A program made the translations under genes and the position numbers. A DNA stretch of 32,705 bases from Hyphomicrobiaceae bacterium (lineage in GTDB: Bacteria > Pseudomonadota > Alphaproteobacteria > Rhizobiales > Hyphomicrobiaceae). This document shows positions 1 through 9,123 of the stretch, one piece after another (within the stretch, counting starts at the first letter, position 1; every line of letters starts with the position of its first letter). The stretch lies in contig JBMOGA010000045.1 in assembly GCA_049318625.1 (NCBI GenBank), forward strand, positions 1-32,705, in the 5' to 3' direction. Under the pieces are notes generated by a model that was not told the origin of the DNA, did not search any database, and was given only the letters and a program-made list of their open reading frames with translations.

Positions 1-189
1 GCCTCAACCGAGGATACGGGGCTACCGAAGACCCAAGTTCAACAACCTGCTAGTTCAAGCATGGCAGGTACAAGGTTGCTGTGGCTGCCGCTGGAGCTTT
101 CGCCTCTCCCCGCGCGGTTCCCCCAGAACGCTTTGTCGAGTAGGCCCCGAGCTATGCACAGAAACGCGGAGGGGACGTCGAGCTCGCGC

Positions 190-393
190 CTAACGCTGGC
201 GACTGGCCTCCCAACGCTCGATTAAGAGCTCGGCTTCCTTAAGAAGACGCTCGCGCTCTGGCTCAAACACCCCTTCAGCTGCCGCCCCCTGCACCCACGC
301 AGAGCGCTCCTCAGCGTTCGAGATCCACTCCAGCCGTCTATGGATATCGAGCAAACGTGCATGGATCTGGGCCTCGAGGTCTTTCGCGTTCAT
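190..393 (-). CDS. Hypothetical small protein of 67 aa, charged and helical, in a lower-GC segment next to the tRNA-Cys 3' end
   Basis: ATG at 393 and stop at 190-192. Local GC is visibly lower than the window average. No family recognised. Confidence 0.35.
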   Translation of the reverse strand: MNAKDLEAQIHARLLDIHRRLEWISNAEERSAWVQGAAAEGVFEPERERLLKEAELLIERWEASRQR

Positions 394-507
394 GCAAACA
401 GCCCTTTGCTATGGGTGAAGGCAGGACATCGCGCACCGCGCCGTGAGACGCTTGTGAGATTAGGCGAGTGCTCACCCACCCGGAACAACCTAAGTCTTTG
501 AAAATAT

Positions 508-581
508 TGGAGGCCACGCCCGGAATTGAACCGGGGTTCGCGGATTTGCAGTCCGCTGCGTCACCACTCCGCCACGTGGCC
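508..581 (-). tRNA. tRNA-Cys (anticodon GCA)
   Basis: The reverse complement reads GGCCACGUGGCGGAGUGGUGACGCAGCGGACUGCAAAUCCGCGAACCCCGGUUCAAUUCCGGGCGUGGCCUCCA. It has a 7-bp acceptor stem, an anticodon loop CUGCAAA, a T-loop GGUUCAAUUCC and an encoded CCA. Confidence 0.9.
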
Positions 582-788
582 TCGCCAGCCGATCGCGCGG
601 CTGGAAGAACGGCGTCAGTAGCAAATCGCCCCCCCGTTGGCAACTCGCGCCGGAGGCGGCGGCGTCGAACCAAGGTCGGCCGGGCGGCCGCGGCAGCGGG
701 GCTGGCTCGGTCCCGTGGTATCCGCTATGTTCCGCGCCGCATGGCGTGGCGAGTCTCGCGCGCGCGCCGGATCGAAGGGGGCCTCGCA

Positions 789-1460
789 ATGCACGTCGAT
801 TACGCGCTCCAGCGCAAGAACATGGTGGAAAGCCAGGTCCGGCCGAGCGACGTGACCGATCGTCGGATCATCCGCGCGATGCTCGAGGTGCCGCGCGAGC
901 TGTTTCTGCCCGACGCCCGCAAGCCGGTCGCCTATATCGACGAGAACCTGCCGCTCGACGCGCGCGGGCGGCTGTCGGCGCGTTGGTTGATGGCGCCGCG
1001 CACGCTGGCCAAGCTGATCCAGAGCCTCGAACTCGGCGACCGCGACGTGGTTCTCGATATCGGCGGCGGCAGCGGCTATTCGGCCGCCGTGCTCGGGCGG
1101 ATCGCGCAGACGGTCGTGGCGGTCGAGAGCGACGAGGCGTGTCTGGCCGCGGCCGGCAAAGCACTGGCGGCCGCCGGTATCGACAATGTGGCGCTGGTCA
1201 CCGGCGATCTGACGCGCGGGTTCGCCAGCGAGGGACCCTACGATGCGATCCTGGTCGGCGGCGCCGTGAGCGACGTGCCGGCGGAGATCCTCGACCAGTT
1301 GAAGGACGGGGGGCGGCTGGCCTGTGTGGTCGCGGGCGGCGATGTCGGTTGTGCCACACTGTGGCGCAGAATCGGCGGCCGGTTCGATCAGCGGGCGCTT
1401 TTCGAGGTCGGCTTGCCGATGCTGGCAGGGTTCGAGCGGCAACCGTCGTTCGTGCTGTGA
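789..1460 (+). CDS. pcm: Protein-L-isoaspartate O-methyltransferase
   Basis: The translation has the SAM-binding motif VLDIGGGSGYSAAVL and the Pcm-like ARWLMAPRTLAKLIQSL region. I chose ATG 789, which is preceded by GAAGGGGG; an alternative ATG lies at 741. TGA at 1458-1460. Confidence 0.85.
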   Translation: MHVDYALQRKNMVESQVRPSDVTDRRIIRAMLEVPRELFLPDARKPVAYIDENLPLDARGRLSARWLMAPRTLAKLIQSLELGDRDVVLDIGGGSGYSAAVLGRIAQTVVAVESDEACLAAAGKALAAAGIDNVALVTGDLTRGFASEGPYDAILVGGAVSDVPAEILDQLKDGGRLACVVAGGDVGCATLWRRIGGRFDQRALFEVGLPMLAGFERQPSFVL

Positions 1461-1808
1461 CGCCCGGCCGGCCGCGGTCCGTGGGCGGCTGACGGCGCGA
1501 CCAGAAGACGGTTGGTGTGGAAGAAATACAACTGCCGGTTCGGGTCGAATCGTTGCTAAGTGCGATTTGTAATTGTTCCTGCGTGGAAGCAGTGCTGCGC
1601 CAGAGTGTGGGGTAACGGCCACGCCTCGGAGTTATGTGGCGCCGGCGCGCGAACTTGTCTTAGGCTGCTTGTGTCTATTTCGTACAGTTTTCACGGCCAG
1701 TTAGTGTTTTGTTGATTGTGTCGGTGGACTGAGAGTGTGTGGCGCGGCGTGTGAGTTCGGTGGCCCTGGGCGGGCTAAGTGAAGGACCCACGCGTTGGGA
1801 CGCAGAAC

Positions 1809-3266
1809 ATGATGTCGAGATCAGAGCTTCGTCGTCACCGATTGGGAATGATGTCCGCCGCTTCAGTGTTGGTGCTGATGTTGGTTGCCGGTTCCGTCGT
1901 GCCGTCGCCGGCGCAGGCCGAGAGCCTGGGGCAGGCCATGGGGCGGGCCTACAAGTACAATCCCAAACTTGATGCCGAGCGGGCGCGCCTGCGGGCGACC
2001 GACGAAGAGGTCGCGCGGGCCAACTCCGGGTATCGTCCCAACATCGATGCGTCCGCCGACATCGGCTACCAGCGGTCCGAAACCGAGCCGCGCTCGACCT
2101 CGAACGGCAGCACCAAGCCCATGGGCTACAGCATCACCGCCGTGCAACCGATTTTCAGCGGGTTCCGGACAACCAGCCAGGTGCGGGAGGCGGAGGCCAG
2201 CGTGCGGGCCGGCCGCGAGACCTTGCGCAGCGTCGAGTCGCAGGTGCTGCTCGAGGCCGTGACGGCCTATATGGACGTGGTCCGCGATCAGGCGATCGTG
2301 CGGCTGCGCGAGAACAACGTTACGGTGTTGAGCCGCGAACTCAAGGCCACGCAGGATCGCTTTGCGGTCGGCGAAGTGACGCGCACCGACGTCGCCCAGG
2401 CGACGGCGCGGCGGGCCGGGTCGGTTTCGGCGCTGGATCTGGCGCGTGCCAATCTGCGGTCGAGCCGCGCCTCCTACGAGCGCACCGTCGGGTCGCAGCC
2501 GTCCAATCTGGCCGAGCCGCAGTTGCCGCGCACGCTGCTGCCGAAGTCCTCGCAGGACGCGGTGGCCACCGCGGCGCGGGACAATCCCAACGTGGTCGCT
2601 GCCCTGTACCGCGAGCAGGCGGCCCGGCACACCGTCGACAAGATCCGCGGCGAGTTGCTGCCGACGATCGACGTGCAGGCCGACTATACGCACCGTTACG
2701 ACAGCAGCGTGCTGACCGAAGAGGCGGAGACGACGACCGTCAGGGGCCGGCTGAATGTTCCGATCTACGAGGGCGGCGAGGTCAGGGCGCGGGTCCGTCA
2801 GTCGAAGCACACGCACGTCAGTCGGATCCAGGAAATCGAGCAGGCGCGAAGCGAGACGCAGGCGAGCGTGATCTCGGCGTGGTCGCGGTTCCAGGCAGCC
2901 GTCGCGCAGCTCGAGTCGGACCAGGCGCAGGTGAACGCCAACCGGACGGCGCTGACCGGCGTCCGCGAGGAGGAGAAGGTCGGCCAGCGGACCATTCTCG
3001 ACGTGCTCAACGCCGAGCAGGAACTTCTCAACAGCGAGGTGACGCTGGTCACCACGCGGCGCGACCTGATCGTGAGCGCGTACACGTTGCTCGGCCAGAT
3101 CGGACGTCTCAATGTCCAGGAGCTCGGCGTGGTCGACATGGTCTACGATCCGGAAGTGCACTATGCCGACGTGCGCCGCCGGTGGTTCGGGCTTTCGATC
3201 ACCCATGGCGACGGCCGCATCGAGACCATTCAGGCGACGCCGCCGGCCGGCAAGGCCACGAAGTAG
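1809..3266 (+). CDS. tolC: TolC-family outer-membrane efflux/type I secretion protein
   Basis: N-terminal signal peptide MMSRSELRRHRLGMMSAASVLVLMLVAGSVVPSPAQA, followed by a typical TolC N-terminus (ESLGQAMGRAYKYNPKLDAERARL) and the two repeated OEP domains. Start could also be GTG 1779 or ATG 1848. The pcm-tolC-DUF2497-valS order is a conserved Rhizobiales synteny. Confidence 0.85.
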   Translation: MMSRSELRRHRLGMMSAASVLVLMLVAGSVVPSPAQAESLGQAMGRAYKYNPKLDAERARLRATDEEVARANSGYRPNIDASADIGYQRSETEPRSTSNGSTKPMGYSITAVQPIFSGFRTTSQVREAEASVRAGRETLRSVESQVLLEAVTAYMDVVRDQAIVRLRENNVTVLSRELKATQDRFAVGEVTRTDVAQATARRAGSVSALDLARANLRSSRASYERTVGSQPSNLAEPQLPRTLLPKSSQDAVATAARDNPNVVAALYREQAARHTVDKIRGELLPTIDVQADYTHRYDSSVLTEEAETTTVRGRLNVPIYEGGEVRARVRQSKHTHVSRIQEIEQARSETQASVISAWSRFQAAVAQLESDQAQVNANRTALTGVREEEKVGQRTILDVLNAEQELLNSEVTLVTTRRDLIVSAYTLLGQIGRLNVQELGVVDMVYDPEVHYADVRRRWFGLSITHGDGRIETIQATPPAGKATK

Positions 3267-3305
3267 GCGAAGCGCCTCTCTGGGATTGCAACCCGCGATA
3301 GGGTT

Positions 3306-3347
3306 CTTCGGCACGGCCTGTGGAGGCCTGCCTTAGGTCTGCCGAAG
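3306..3347 (+). terminator. Compound GC-rich stem-loop downstream of tolC, possibly a terminator or RNA structure
   Basis: Outer inverted repeat CTTCGGCA at 3306-3313 pairs with TGCCGAAG at 3340-3347. It encloses an inner hairpin GGCCT-GTGG-AGGCC. No U-tract follows. Confidence 0.3.
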
Positions 3348-3492
3348 TTCCGCCGCTAAGCTCTCGGCCGCGGCCCGGCTCAACCGTTGATACCATTCGT
3401 TATTCCATTGCGGGCGGGGCGGCGTCCGGGGTACGAACGTGCGACCGGGCGCGCCGGTGGATGGCGCGTTGCGGAAGCATCGAGAGGTCTAG

Positions 3493-4848
3493 ATGCAGAA
3501 AGTGGATCGCGCGGGCGAGCCGACCATGGAGGAGATTCTGGCGTCGATCCGCCAGATCATCGCCGAAGAGCCGGCGAACGGTCGACCCCTGGTCCCTACG
3601 CCGTCGTCCTCGCTTCCAGCGGCGTCGGCTGCCGCGCCGGGCTCCGCAGCGGGCTCCGCGCCCTCTCCGGGCGAGGCGGTCCCAACGTCCAAACCCGTCG
3701 AGGCACCGCGGCCGGCTCAGGCCTTCACCACCGGCCCCGCGCTCGGCAGCGCCGGCGAGCCCGCGAAATCGACGGCGGCCAACTCGCCGATCGCGGCGCT
3801 CGGCCGTCTCGGTGGCGATTTGCCGTTCCCGCTGCGCCCGCTCGGCGAAGCGCGTCCGAGCGCAACTGCGATGCCGGCCCCTACGCCCGCCAAGCCCGGG
3901 GCGGCGCCGGCCGGGGACGGTCTCGCGCAACGCACGATGCCCGCGTCCGATTTCGGCATGTTCGTGCCACGCCGCCTCGACGAGGCGCTGGCGCAGGGCG
4001 AGCGTGGGGATGCTGCGGGCAAGGTGCTCCCCGGCGAGCCGCGCCCCGCGGCGCCTGCCGCTGCACCAGTGGCCGGTAGCCCGGGTTCCGCATTCAACGC
4101 CGGACAGCCGGCGATCCGTCCGGCGACCGACATCGCGGCATTGGCGGCGAAGTCACTCAAACAGCCGGGCGAGACCGTGCCGCATGCGGCCGCTTCGTCG
4201 CCCGTGAGCGCCGCCGCGCCGGTTCCGAGTCCGGGCGTCGGTGTGCCGAACGGGGCCGCCGCTCCGAAGCCGCCGGTAGCAGCGGCGGGGCCTGATTTTG
4301 CGATTGTCCGGCCTGCACCGCAGGCGGTTGCGCCGCCGTCCGCCCCCGTGCCGACGCAGCCGTCGGCTGCCGTCGCACCGGTGGCTGCTGCGGCGGAGGC
4401 TGCCAAGTCCACCGAGCCTATGAAGGTGGCCGAGCCTGCCAAGGCTGCTGCGCCGAAGCCGGTCGCTGCGGCGCCCGCGGCCGCGCCGTCTGGTGTCGCG
4501 GCCACGCCGCCGCCGCCGGCCGCTGTCCAGGGGGCGCCATCTGCGGTCGCCGCCGCTGCGCCGCCGGCCTCTACGGTCGTCGCTGCGGCGAGCAAGGCGG
4601 TGGTGACGCTGGCCGGTGTCGCCGAGGCGATGAAAGCGCCGTCGGTTGCGGGATCTGCCACGCCTGCGGCCACCGACCTCACGCCGGTCAAGGACGCACC
4701 GGTCAAGACGCTCGAGGACGCCGTGGTCGATCTGCTGCGGCCGATGCTGCGCAACTGGCTCGACGAGAACATGCCGCGCATCGTCGAGAAGGCGCTGCGC
4801 ATCGAGGTCGCCGAGCAGTTGAAGCGCACCGGGCCCAAGCAGGGCTGA
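3493..4848 (+). CDS. popZ: PopZ-like polar organizing protein (DUF2497 C-terminal domain)
   Basis: N-terminal conserved helix EPTMEEILASIRQIIAEE, a long Pro/Ala-rich disordered middle, and a C-terminal DUF2497-type block (DLLRPMLRNWLDENMPRIVEKALRIEVAEQLKR). ATG 3493 follows GAGAGG. Sits next to valS, as in other alphaproteobacteria. Confidence 0.75.
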   Translation: MQKVDRAGEPTMEEILASIRQIIAEEPANGRPLVPTPSSSLPAASAAAPGSAAGSAPSPGEAVPTSKPVEAPRPAQAFTTGPALGSAGEPAKSTAANSPIAALGRLGGDLPFPLRPLGEARPSATAMPAPTPAKPGAAPAGDGLAQRTMPASDFGMFVPRRLDEALAQGERGDAAGKVLPGEPRPAAPAAAPVAGSPGSAFNAGQPAIRPATDIAALAAKSLKQPGETVPHAAASSPVSAAAPVPSPGVGVPNGAAAPKPPVAAAGPDFAIVRPAPQAVAPPSAPVPTQPSAAVAPVAAAAEAAKSTEPMKVAEPAKAAAPKPVAAAPAAAPSGVAATPPPPAAVQGAPSAVAAAAPPASTVVAAASKAVVTLAGVAEAMKAPSVAGSATPAATDLTPVKDAPVKTLEDAVVDLLRPMLRNWLDENMPRIVEKALRIEVAEQLKRTGPKQG

Positions 4849-4974
4849 GCCGCCGCGTCATGCCGCCGCCGGGCGCCTTCGGGCGCCCGCATCGTTTCCG
4901 CGCCGTGCTGCGTTGACGTGCCCGTCCACCGGGCGTAGGACGCGGCCGTCATCCGAACAGCGAGCCACCCGCCC

Positions 4975-7764
4975 ATGCTCGAAAAGACCTTCGATCCGGC
5001 CCAAGTCGAGGCGCGCATTCATGCGGCCTGGGAGAAGGCCGAGGCCTTCAAGTGCGGCCGTCCGGAACGACGGGACGCGCCGCCCTACTGCATCGTGATC
5101 CCGCCGCCGAACGTCACCGGCTCGTTGCACATGGGCCATGCGCTCAACAACACGCTGCAGGACGTTCTGTGCCGCTTCGAGCGCATGCGCGGCAAGGATG
5201 TGCTCTGGCAGCCGGGAACCGATCATGCGGGCATCGCCACGCAGATGGTCGTCGAGCGCCAGCTGATGGAACGCCAGGAGCCGGACCGCCGCGCCATGGG
5301 GCGCGAGAAGTTCCTGGAGAAGGTGTGGGCGTGGAAGGCCGAGAGCGGCGGCACGATTATCAACCAGCTGAAGCGGCTCGGCGCCTCGTGCGACTGGTCG
5401 CGCGAGCGGTTCACGATGGACCCGGGGCTGTCGCAGGCCGTGCTCAAGGTGTTCGTCGAGCTCTATCGCGCCGGCCTCATCTACAAGGACAAGCGGCTGG
5501 TCAACTGGGACCCCAAGTTCCAGACCGCGATCTCGGACCTCGAGGTCGAGCAGATCGAGAAGAAGGGCAGCTTCAAGTGGGCCCGGACCGACCAGGACAA
5601 GGACGGCAATCCGGTCGCGCTCGACCACGGCCGCCTCGGCAAGGTGCTCGACAAAGAGCCGGGCGGCCACATGTACTATTTCAATTACCCTCTCGACGGC
5701 GCCACCTACGATCCGGATGATGCGGAGACGTTCCTGACGGTCGCGACCACGAGGCCCGAGACGATGCTCGGCGACACCGCGGTCGCCGTCCATCCCGAGC
5801 ATCCGCGCTACGGCGCGTGGATCGGGCGCACGCTCGTTCTGCCGTTGACCGGGCGCAAGATCCCGATCATCGGCGACGACTACGCCGACCCGGAGAAGGG
5901 TACCGGCGCGGTCAAGATCACGCCGGCGCACGACTTCAACGACTTCGAGGTCGGCAAGCGCCACGCCGACAAGCTGGTCGCTCCGATCAACATTTTCGAC
6001 GCCTTCGCCCAGCTCAACGAGAACGTGCCGGCTACCTATCGCGGGCTCGATCGCTTTGCGGCGCGCAAGCGCGTGGTCGCCGACCTCGACGCCGACCGGC
6101 TGGTCGCCAAGATCGATCCGCACGTGCAGATGGTGCCGCACGGCGACCGGTCCGGGGTGCCGATCGAGCCGTGGCTGACGGACCAGTGGTACGTGAACGC
6201 GGCCGAACTCGCCAAGCCGGCGATGGCGGCGGTGCGGTCCGGCAAGACCAAGTTCGTGCCGGAGCGGTTCGCCGCCGATTATTTCCGTTGGCTGGAGAAC
6301 ATCCAGCCGTGGTGCGTCTCGCGGCAGCTGTGGTGGGGCCATCAGATCCCGGCGTGGTACGGACCCGACAATCAGGTGTTCGTCGCGCTCGACGAGGGCG
6401 AGGCGATGGCCGCCGCCCGCGCGCACTACGGCAAGCAGGTCGCCCTGGCGCGCGACCCCGACGTGCTCGACACCTGGTTCTCCTCCGCGCTGTGGCCGTT
6501 CTCGACGCTCGGTTGGCCGGAGCAGACACCCGAGGTCGCGAAGTTCTACCCGACCTCGGTGCTGGTCACCGGTTTCGACATCATCTTCTTCTGGGTCGCC
6601 CGCATGATGATGATGGGCTCTCACTTCATGGAGGAGGTGCCCTTCCACGACGTCTACATCCACGGCCTCGTTCGCGACGAGAAGGGCCAGAAGATGTCGA
6701 AGTCGAAGGGCAACGTGGTCGATCCGCTGCTGATGATCGAGCAGTTCGGCGCCGACGCGCTGCGCTTTTCTATGGCGGCGATGGCGAGCCAGGGCTCGGA
6801 CGTGAAGTTCTCGGTGAAGCGCATCGAGGGTTATCGCAATTTCGCGACCAAGCTGTGGAACGCCTCGCGGTTCGCGGAGATGAACGAGTGCCTGCGCCGC
6901 GACGGCTTCGATCCGCGCAGTTGCGAGGAGACCATCAACCGCTGGATCGCGGGGGAGACCGAGCGGGCGTCGCAAGGCGTTACCGAGGCGATCACGGCCT
7001 ACCGGTTCAACGATGCGGCCGGCGTCGTCTACGAGTTCGTTTGGGGCGTGTTCTGCGACTGGTATCTGGAGCTGATCAAGCCGATCCTGGCCGGCGACGA
7101 GGGCGATGCCAAGACCGAGACGCGGGCGATGGTCGCCTGGGTCCTGGACGAGATCCTGAAGCTGCTGCACCCGTTCATGCCGTTCATCACCGAGGAGTTG
7201 TGGGAGCGCACGGCGGAGCATGCCGCGCCGCGCACCGGACTGCTGGCGCTGACGGCGTGGCCGGAGCATCTGGGGCTCGCCGATGCGACGGCGGATACCG
7301 AGATCGGCTTCGTGGTGAAGCTCGTCTCGGAGGTGCGCTCCGTCCGTTCCGAGATGAACGTGCCGGCCGGCGCCAAGATCCCGCTGGTGTTGACCGGCGG
7401 CGCGGCCAGCGACCTGCGCGCCCGCGTCGGGCGTCACGAGGAGGTGCTGACGCGGCTCGCCCGGCTCGACGGCATCACGTTCGCGGACGTGCCGCCGAAG
7501 CGCGCGGCGGTGTGCATGGTTGGTGACGTGACGGCGGCGCTGCCGCTCGAGGGCATCATCGACATGGCCGCTGAGGCCAAGCGGCTCGCCCGTGAGATCG
7601 ACAAGACGCGGTCGGATCGCGACAAGGCGGCGGCGTGGCTCGCCAACGAGGCCAACGTGGCGAAGAGCCCCGAGCACGTCGTCGAACTCAATCGCGAGCG
7701 CGTGACCGAGGGCACCGAGCGGTTGCTGCGGCTCGAGGCGGCGTTGAAGCGGATCGAGGGATAG
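4975..7764 (+). CDS. valS: Valyl-tRNA synthetase
   Basis: 929 aa with the class I HMGH motif ([16 protein letters not shown]), the KMSKS motif and a C-terminal coiled-coil. N-terminus [12 protein letters not shown] is typical of ValS. Confidence 0.95.
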   Translation: MLEKTFDPAQVEARIHAAWEKAEAFKCGRPERRDAPPYCIVIPPPNVTGSLHMGHALNNTLQDVLCRFERMRGKDVLWQPGTDHAGIATQMVVERQLMERQEPDRRAMGREKFLEKVWAWKAESGGTIINQLKRLGASCDWSRERFTMDPGLSQAVLKVFVELYRAGLIYKDKRLVNWDPKFQTAISDLEVEQIEKKGSFKWARTDQDKDGNPVALDHGRLGKVLDKEPGGHMYYFNYPLDGATYDPDDAETFLTVATTRPETMLGDTAVAVHPEHPRYGAWIGRTLVLPLTGRKIPIIGDDYADPEKGTGAVKITPAHDFNDFEVGKRHADKLVAPINIFDAFAQLNENVPATYRGLDRFAARKRVVADLDADRLVAKIDPHVQMVPHGDRSGVPIEPWLTDQWYVNAAELAKPAMAAVRSGKTKFVPERFAADYFRWLENIQPWCVSRQLWWGHQIPAWYGPDNQVFVALDEGEAMAAARAHYGKQVALARDPDVLDTWFSSALWPFSTLGWPEQTPEVAKFYPTSVLVTGFDIIFFWVARMMMMGSHFMEEVPFHDVYIHGLVRDEKGQKMSKSKGNVVDPLLMIEQFGADALRFSMAAMASQGSDVKFSVKRIEGYRNFATKLWNASRFAEMNECLRRDGFDPRSCEETINRWIAGETERASQGVTEAITAYRFNDAAGVVYEFVWGVFCDWYLELIKPILAGDEGDAKTETRAMVAWVLDEILKLLHPFMPFITEELWERTAEHAAPRTGLLALTAWPEHLGLADATADTEIGFVVKLVSEVRSVRSEMNVPAGAKIPLVLTGGAASDLRARVGRHEEVLTRLARLDGITFADVPPKRAAVCMVGDVTAALPLEGIIDMAAEAKRLAREIDKTRSDRDKAAAWLANEANVAKSPEHVVELNRERVTEGTERLLRLEAALKRIEG

Positions 7765-7931
7765 GCGGGGTCGATCGCACGGGAACTGCCTTCGTGGGTC
7801 AGCGGTCGACGCACAGTCAGTCCGAGTTGCAATCGGCCGGTTCGATCGACACAGCCTGACGGCGGCGCTGGCGAGTTCCGCGGGGCCGTTCACACATCGG
7901 GTGCCGCGGGGCGTTCATCGGCTGCGGCATC

Positions 7932-7962
7932 AAAAAACGCGGCACCGGAGAGCCGATGCCGC
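7932..7962 (-). terminator. Rho-independent terminator for the minus-strand small secreted-protein gene
   Basis: On the minus strand, a GCGGCA / UGCCGC stem (plus 7939-7944 and 7957-7962) with a 12-nt loop is followed by a U6 tract (plus A-run 7932-7937). It lies 30 nt downstream of the stop at 7992. Confidence 0.5.
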
Positions 7963-7991
7963 GCGTTGATGTCGGTCCGCAAGGACGACGA

Positions 7992-8279
7992 TCAGCAGTG
8001 CCGATCGTACTTGTTGCAGGCCCAGCCGCTGCCCTGGTCGCAATGACGGGCCCAGCGGCGGCAATCCTGACGGGAGACGCGCGGCTCGTACCGCTCGTAG
8101 CGGCGGGGCTCGGCATTGGCGGCGGCGCCCGCGATGGCGAGGGCGGTGATGCCGACGGCGGCGCCGATCGCAATGTTGCGGCCCGTTCTGTTCTTGGCCT
8201 CGGCGGGTGCAGCGAGCGGCACTGCGGCGCTGAACGCTATGAGAGCCGCCAGTGCGAGGGCGGAGATGCGCTTCGACAT
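7992..8279 (-). CDS. Small secreted Cys-rich protein (about 95-aa precursor, about 67-aa mature)
   Basis: ATG 8279 follows GGGAGAC. Signal peptide MSKRISALALAALIAFSAAVPLAAPAEA, a Gly/Ala-rich segment, and four Cys in the C-terminus (CRRWARHCDQGSGWACNKYDRHC). No family recognised. Confidence 0.6.
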   Translation of the reverse strand: MSKRISALALAALIAFSAAVPLAAPAEAKNRTGRNIAIGAAVGITALAIAGAAANAEPRRYERYEPRVSRQDCRRWARHCDQGSGWACNKYDRHC

Positions 8280-8435
8280 TTCGGGAAGTCTCCCTGGGTT
8301 TGGGTATAGCATTCCAATTGGGAGCATGGGGCGGTGGCCGTCACAAGGTGCCCTCAGTTCACCACGGATCGGGGGACGGACACGGCGTGGGCAGAACATC
8401 CGGGCCATGGCTCGTCCGGCGCGCCGAAGTCACCT

Positions 8436-9050
8436 TCAGCGGATGCTGGTGATCAGTGGGGAGGGGGCGGCCGTGTCGCCGGTCTCGGGGACCGAGCTGA
8501 TGGCGAGGCTGATCAGCCTCCACTCCAGGTTTTCGAGCACGAACCGGCCGGTGAATCGACGGCCCGGCTGCTCGATGTCGGCGACGGTGATCACGAACTG
8601 ACCGGCGGCCGGGTAATCGACCGCACGGATGCGCGAGATCAGCGATGCGGCCCGCGTGAGGTCTTGCTCCTCGGCGGCCGCGGCGGGGACTTTGGCGGCG
8701 CGCGCGTCCGCCATGCGGGCCGCGTAGGCCTGCACCAGTCCGGTCGGCGTGGTGGTGTTGTCGACGAAGCGGTCGACCATGCCGGCGCCGATCTTGTTCT
8801 TGATCCGCTTCCACAGGCCCGGTTTCGGCGTGACCATACCGGCCTCGGCGATCTGCGGCACGAGTTGCGCCTCGGCCTTGAGTGACTGCTTCAGGCTGGC
8901 GCGGACGCTGTCCCAGGCGACCTTTCGCTGGAGCAGCGCGACGTCGCCCGTGCGCACGGCCTCGCGCAGGGTCCAGACGGCGATGAAGGGGGAGATCAAG
9001 TAGATGGTCGCGGCGGTGAAGCCGACGAACAGGACGGCGAACAGCCGCAT
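8436..9050 (-). CDS. DUF2939-like membrane-anchored protein
   Basis: ATG 9050 follows GAGGG. N-terminal TM helix MRLFAVLFVGFTAATIYLISPFIAVW, then a soluble domain resembling the DUF2939 family common in Rhizobiales. The longer ORF start at 9215 is rejected because its N-terminus is low-complexity. Confidence 0.65.
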   Translation of the reverse strand: MRLFAVLFVGFTAATIYLISPFIAVWTLREAVRTGDVALLQRKVAWDSVRASLKQSLKAEAQLVPQIAEAGMVTPKPGLWKRIKNKIGAGMVDRFVDNTTTPTGLVQAYAARMADARAAKVPAAAAEEQDLTRAASLISRIRAVDYPAAGQFVITVADIEQPGRRFTGRFVLENLEWRLISLAISSVPETGDTAAPSPLITSIR

Positions 9051-9123
9051 CGCGAAGCGCCCTCGAAAATCACCGTTAACGCGTCGCAGGAAATTACGGC
9101 GAAGCGGGGGCCGGTCGGGCGGA

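Noticed and set aside
615-1622. Long antisense or overlapping ORFs throughout the window (for example 615..1622-, 1863..3314-, 3717..5018-, 4858..7893-, 9004..11994+, 17731..18867-, 19454..21469-, 27363..29420-, 29727..31412-).
   Set aside because: They overlap well-supported conserved genes on the opposite strand, encode Arg/Pro/Gly/Ala-rich low-complexity translations, and are the expected result of stop-codon depletion in about 67% GC DNA.
3320-4207. Alternative-frame ORFs overlapping popZ (3320..4207+, 3387..4079+, 3400..3930-).
   Set aside because: These are Arg/Pro-rich nonsense translations. The frame beginning at 3493 gives the conserved PopZ N-helix and DUF2497 C-terminus.
7939-7962. 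The same hairpin acting as the valS (plus-strand) terminator.
   Set aside because: On the plus strand the stem is preceded, not followed, by the A/T run. The U-tract is only downstream on the minus strand, so I call it as the terminator of the 7992..8279 gene only.
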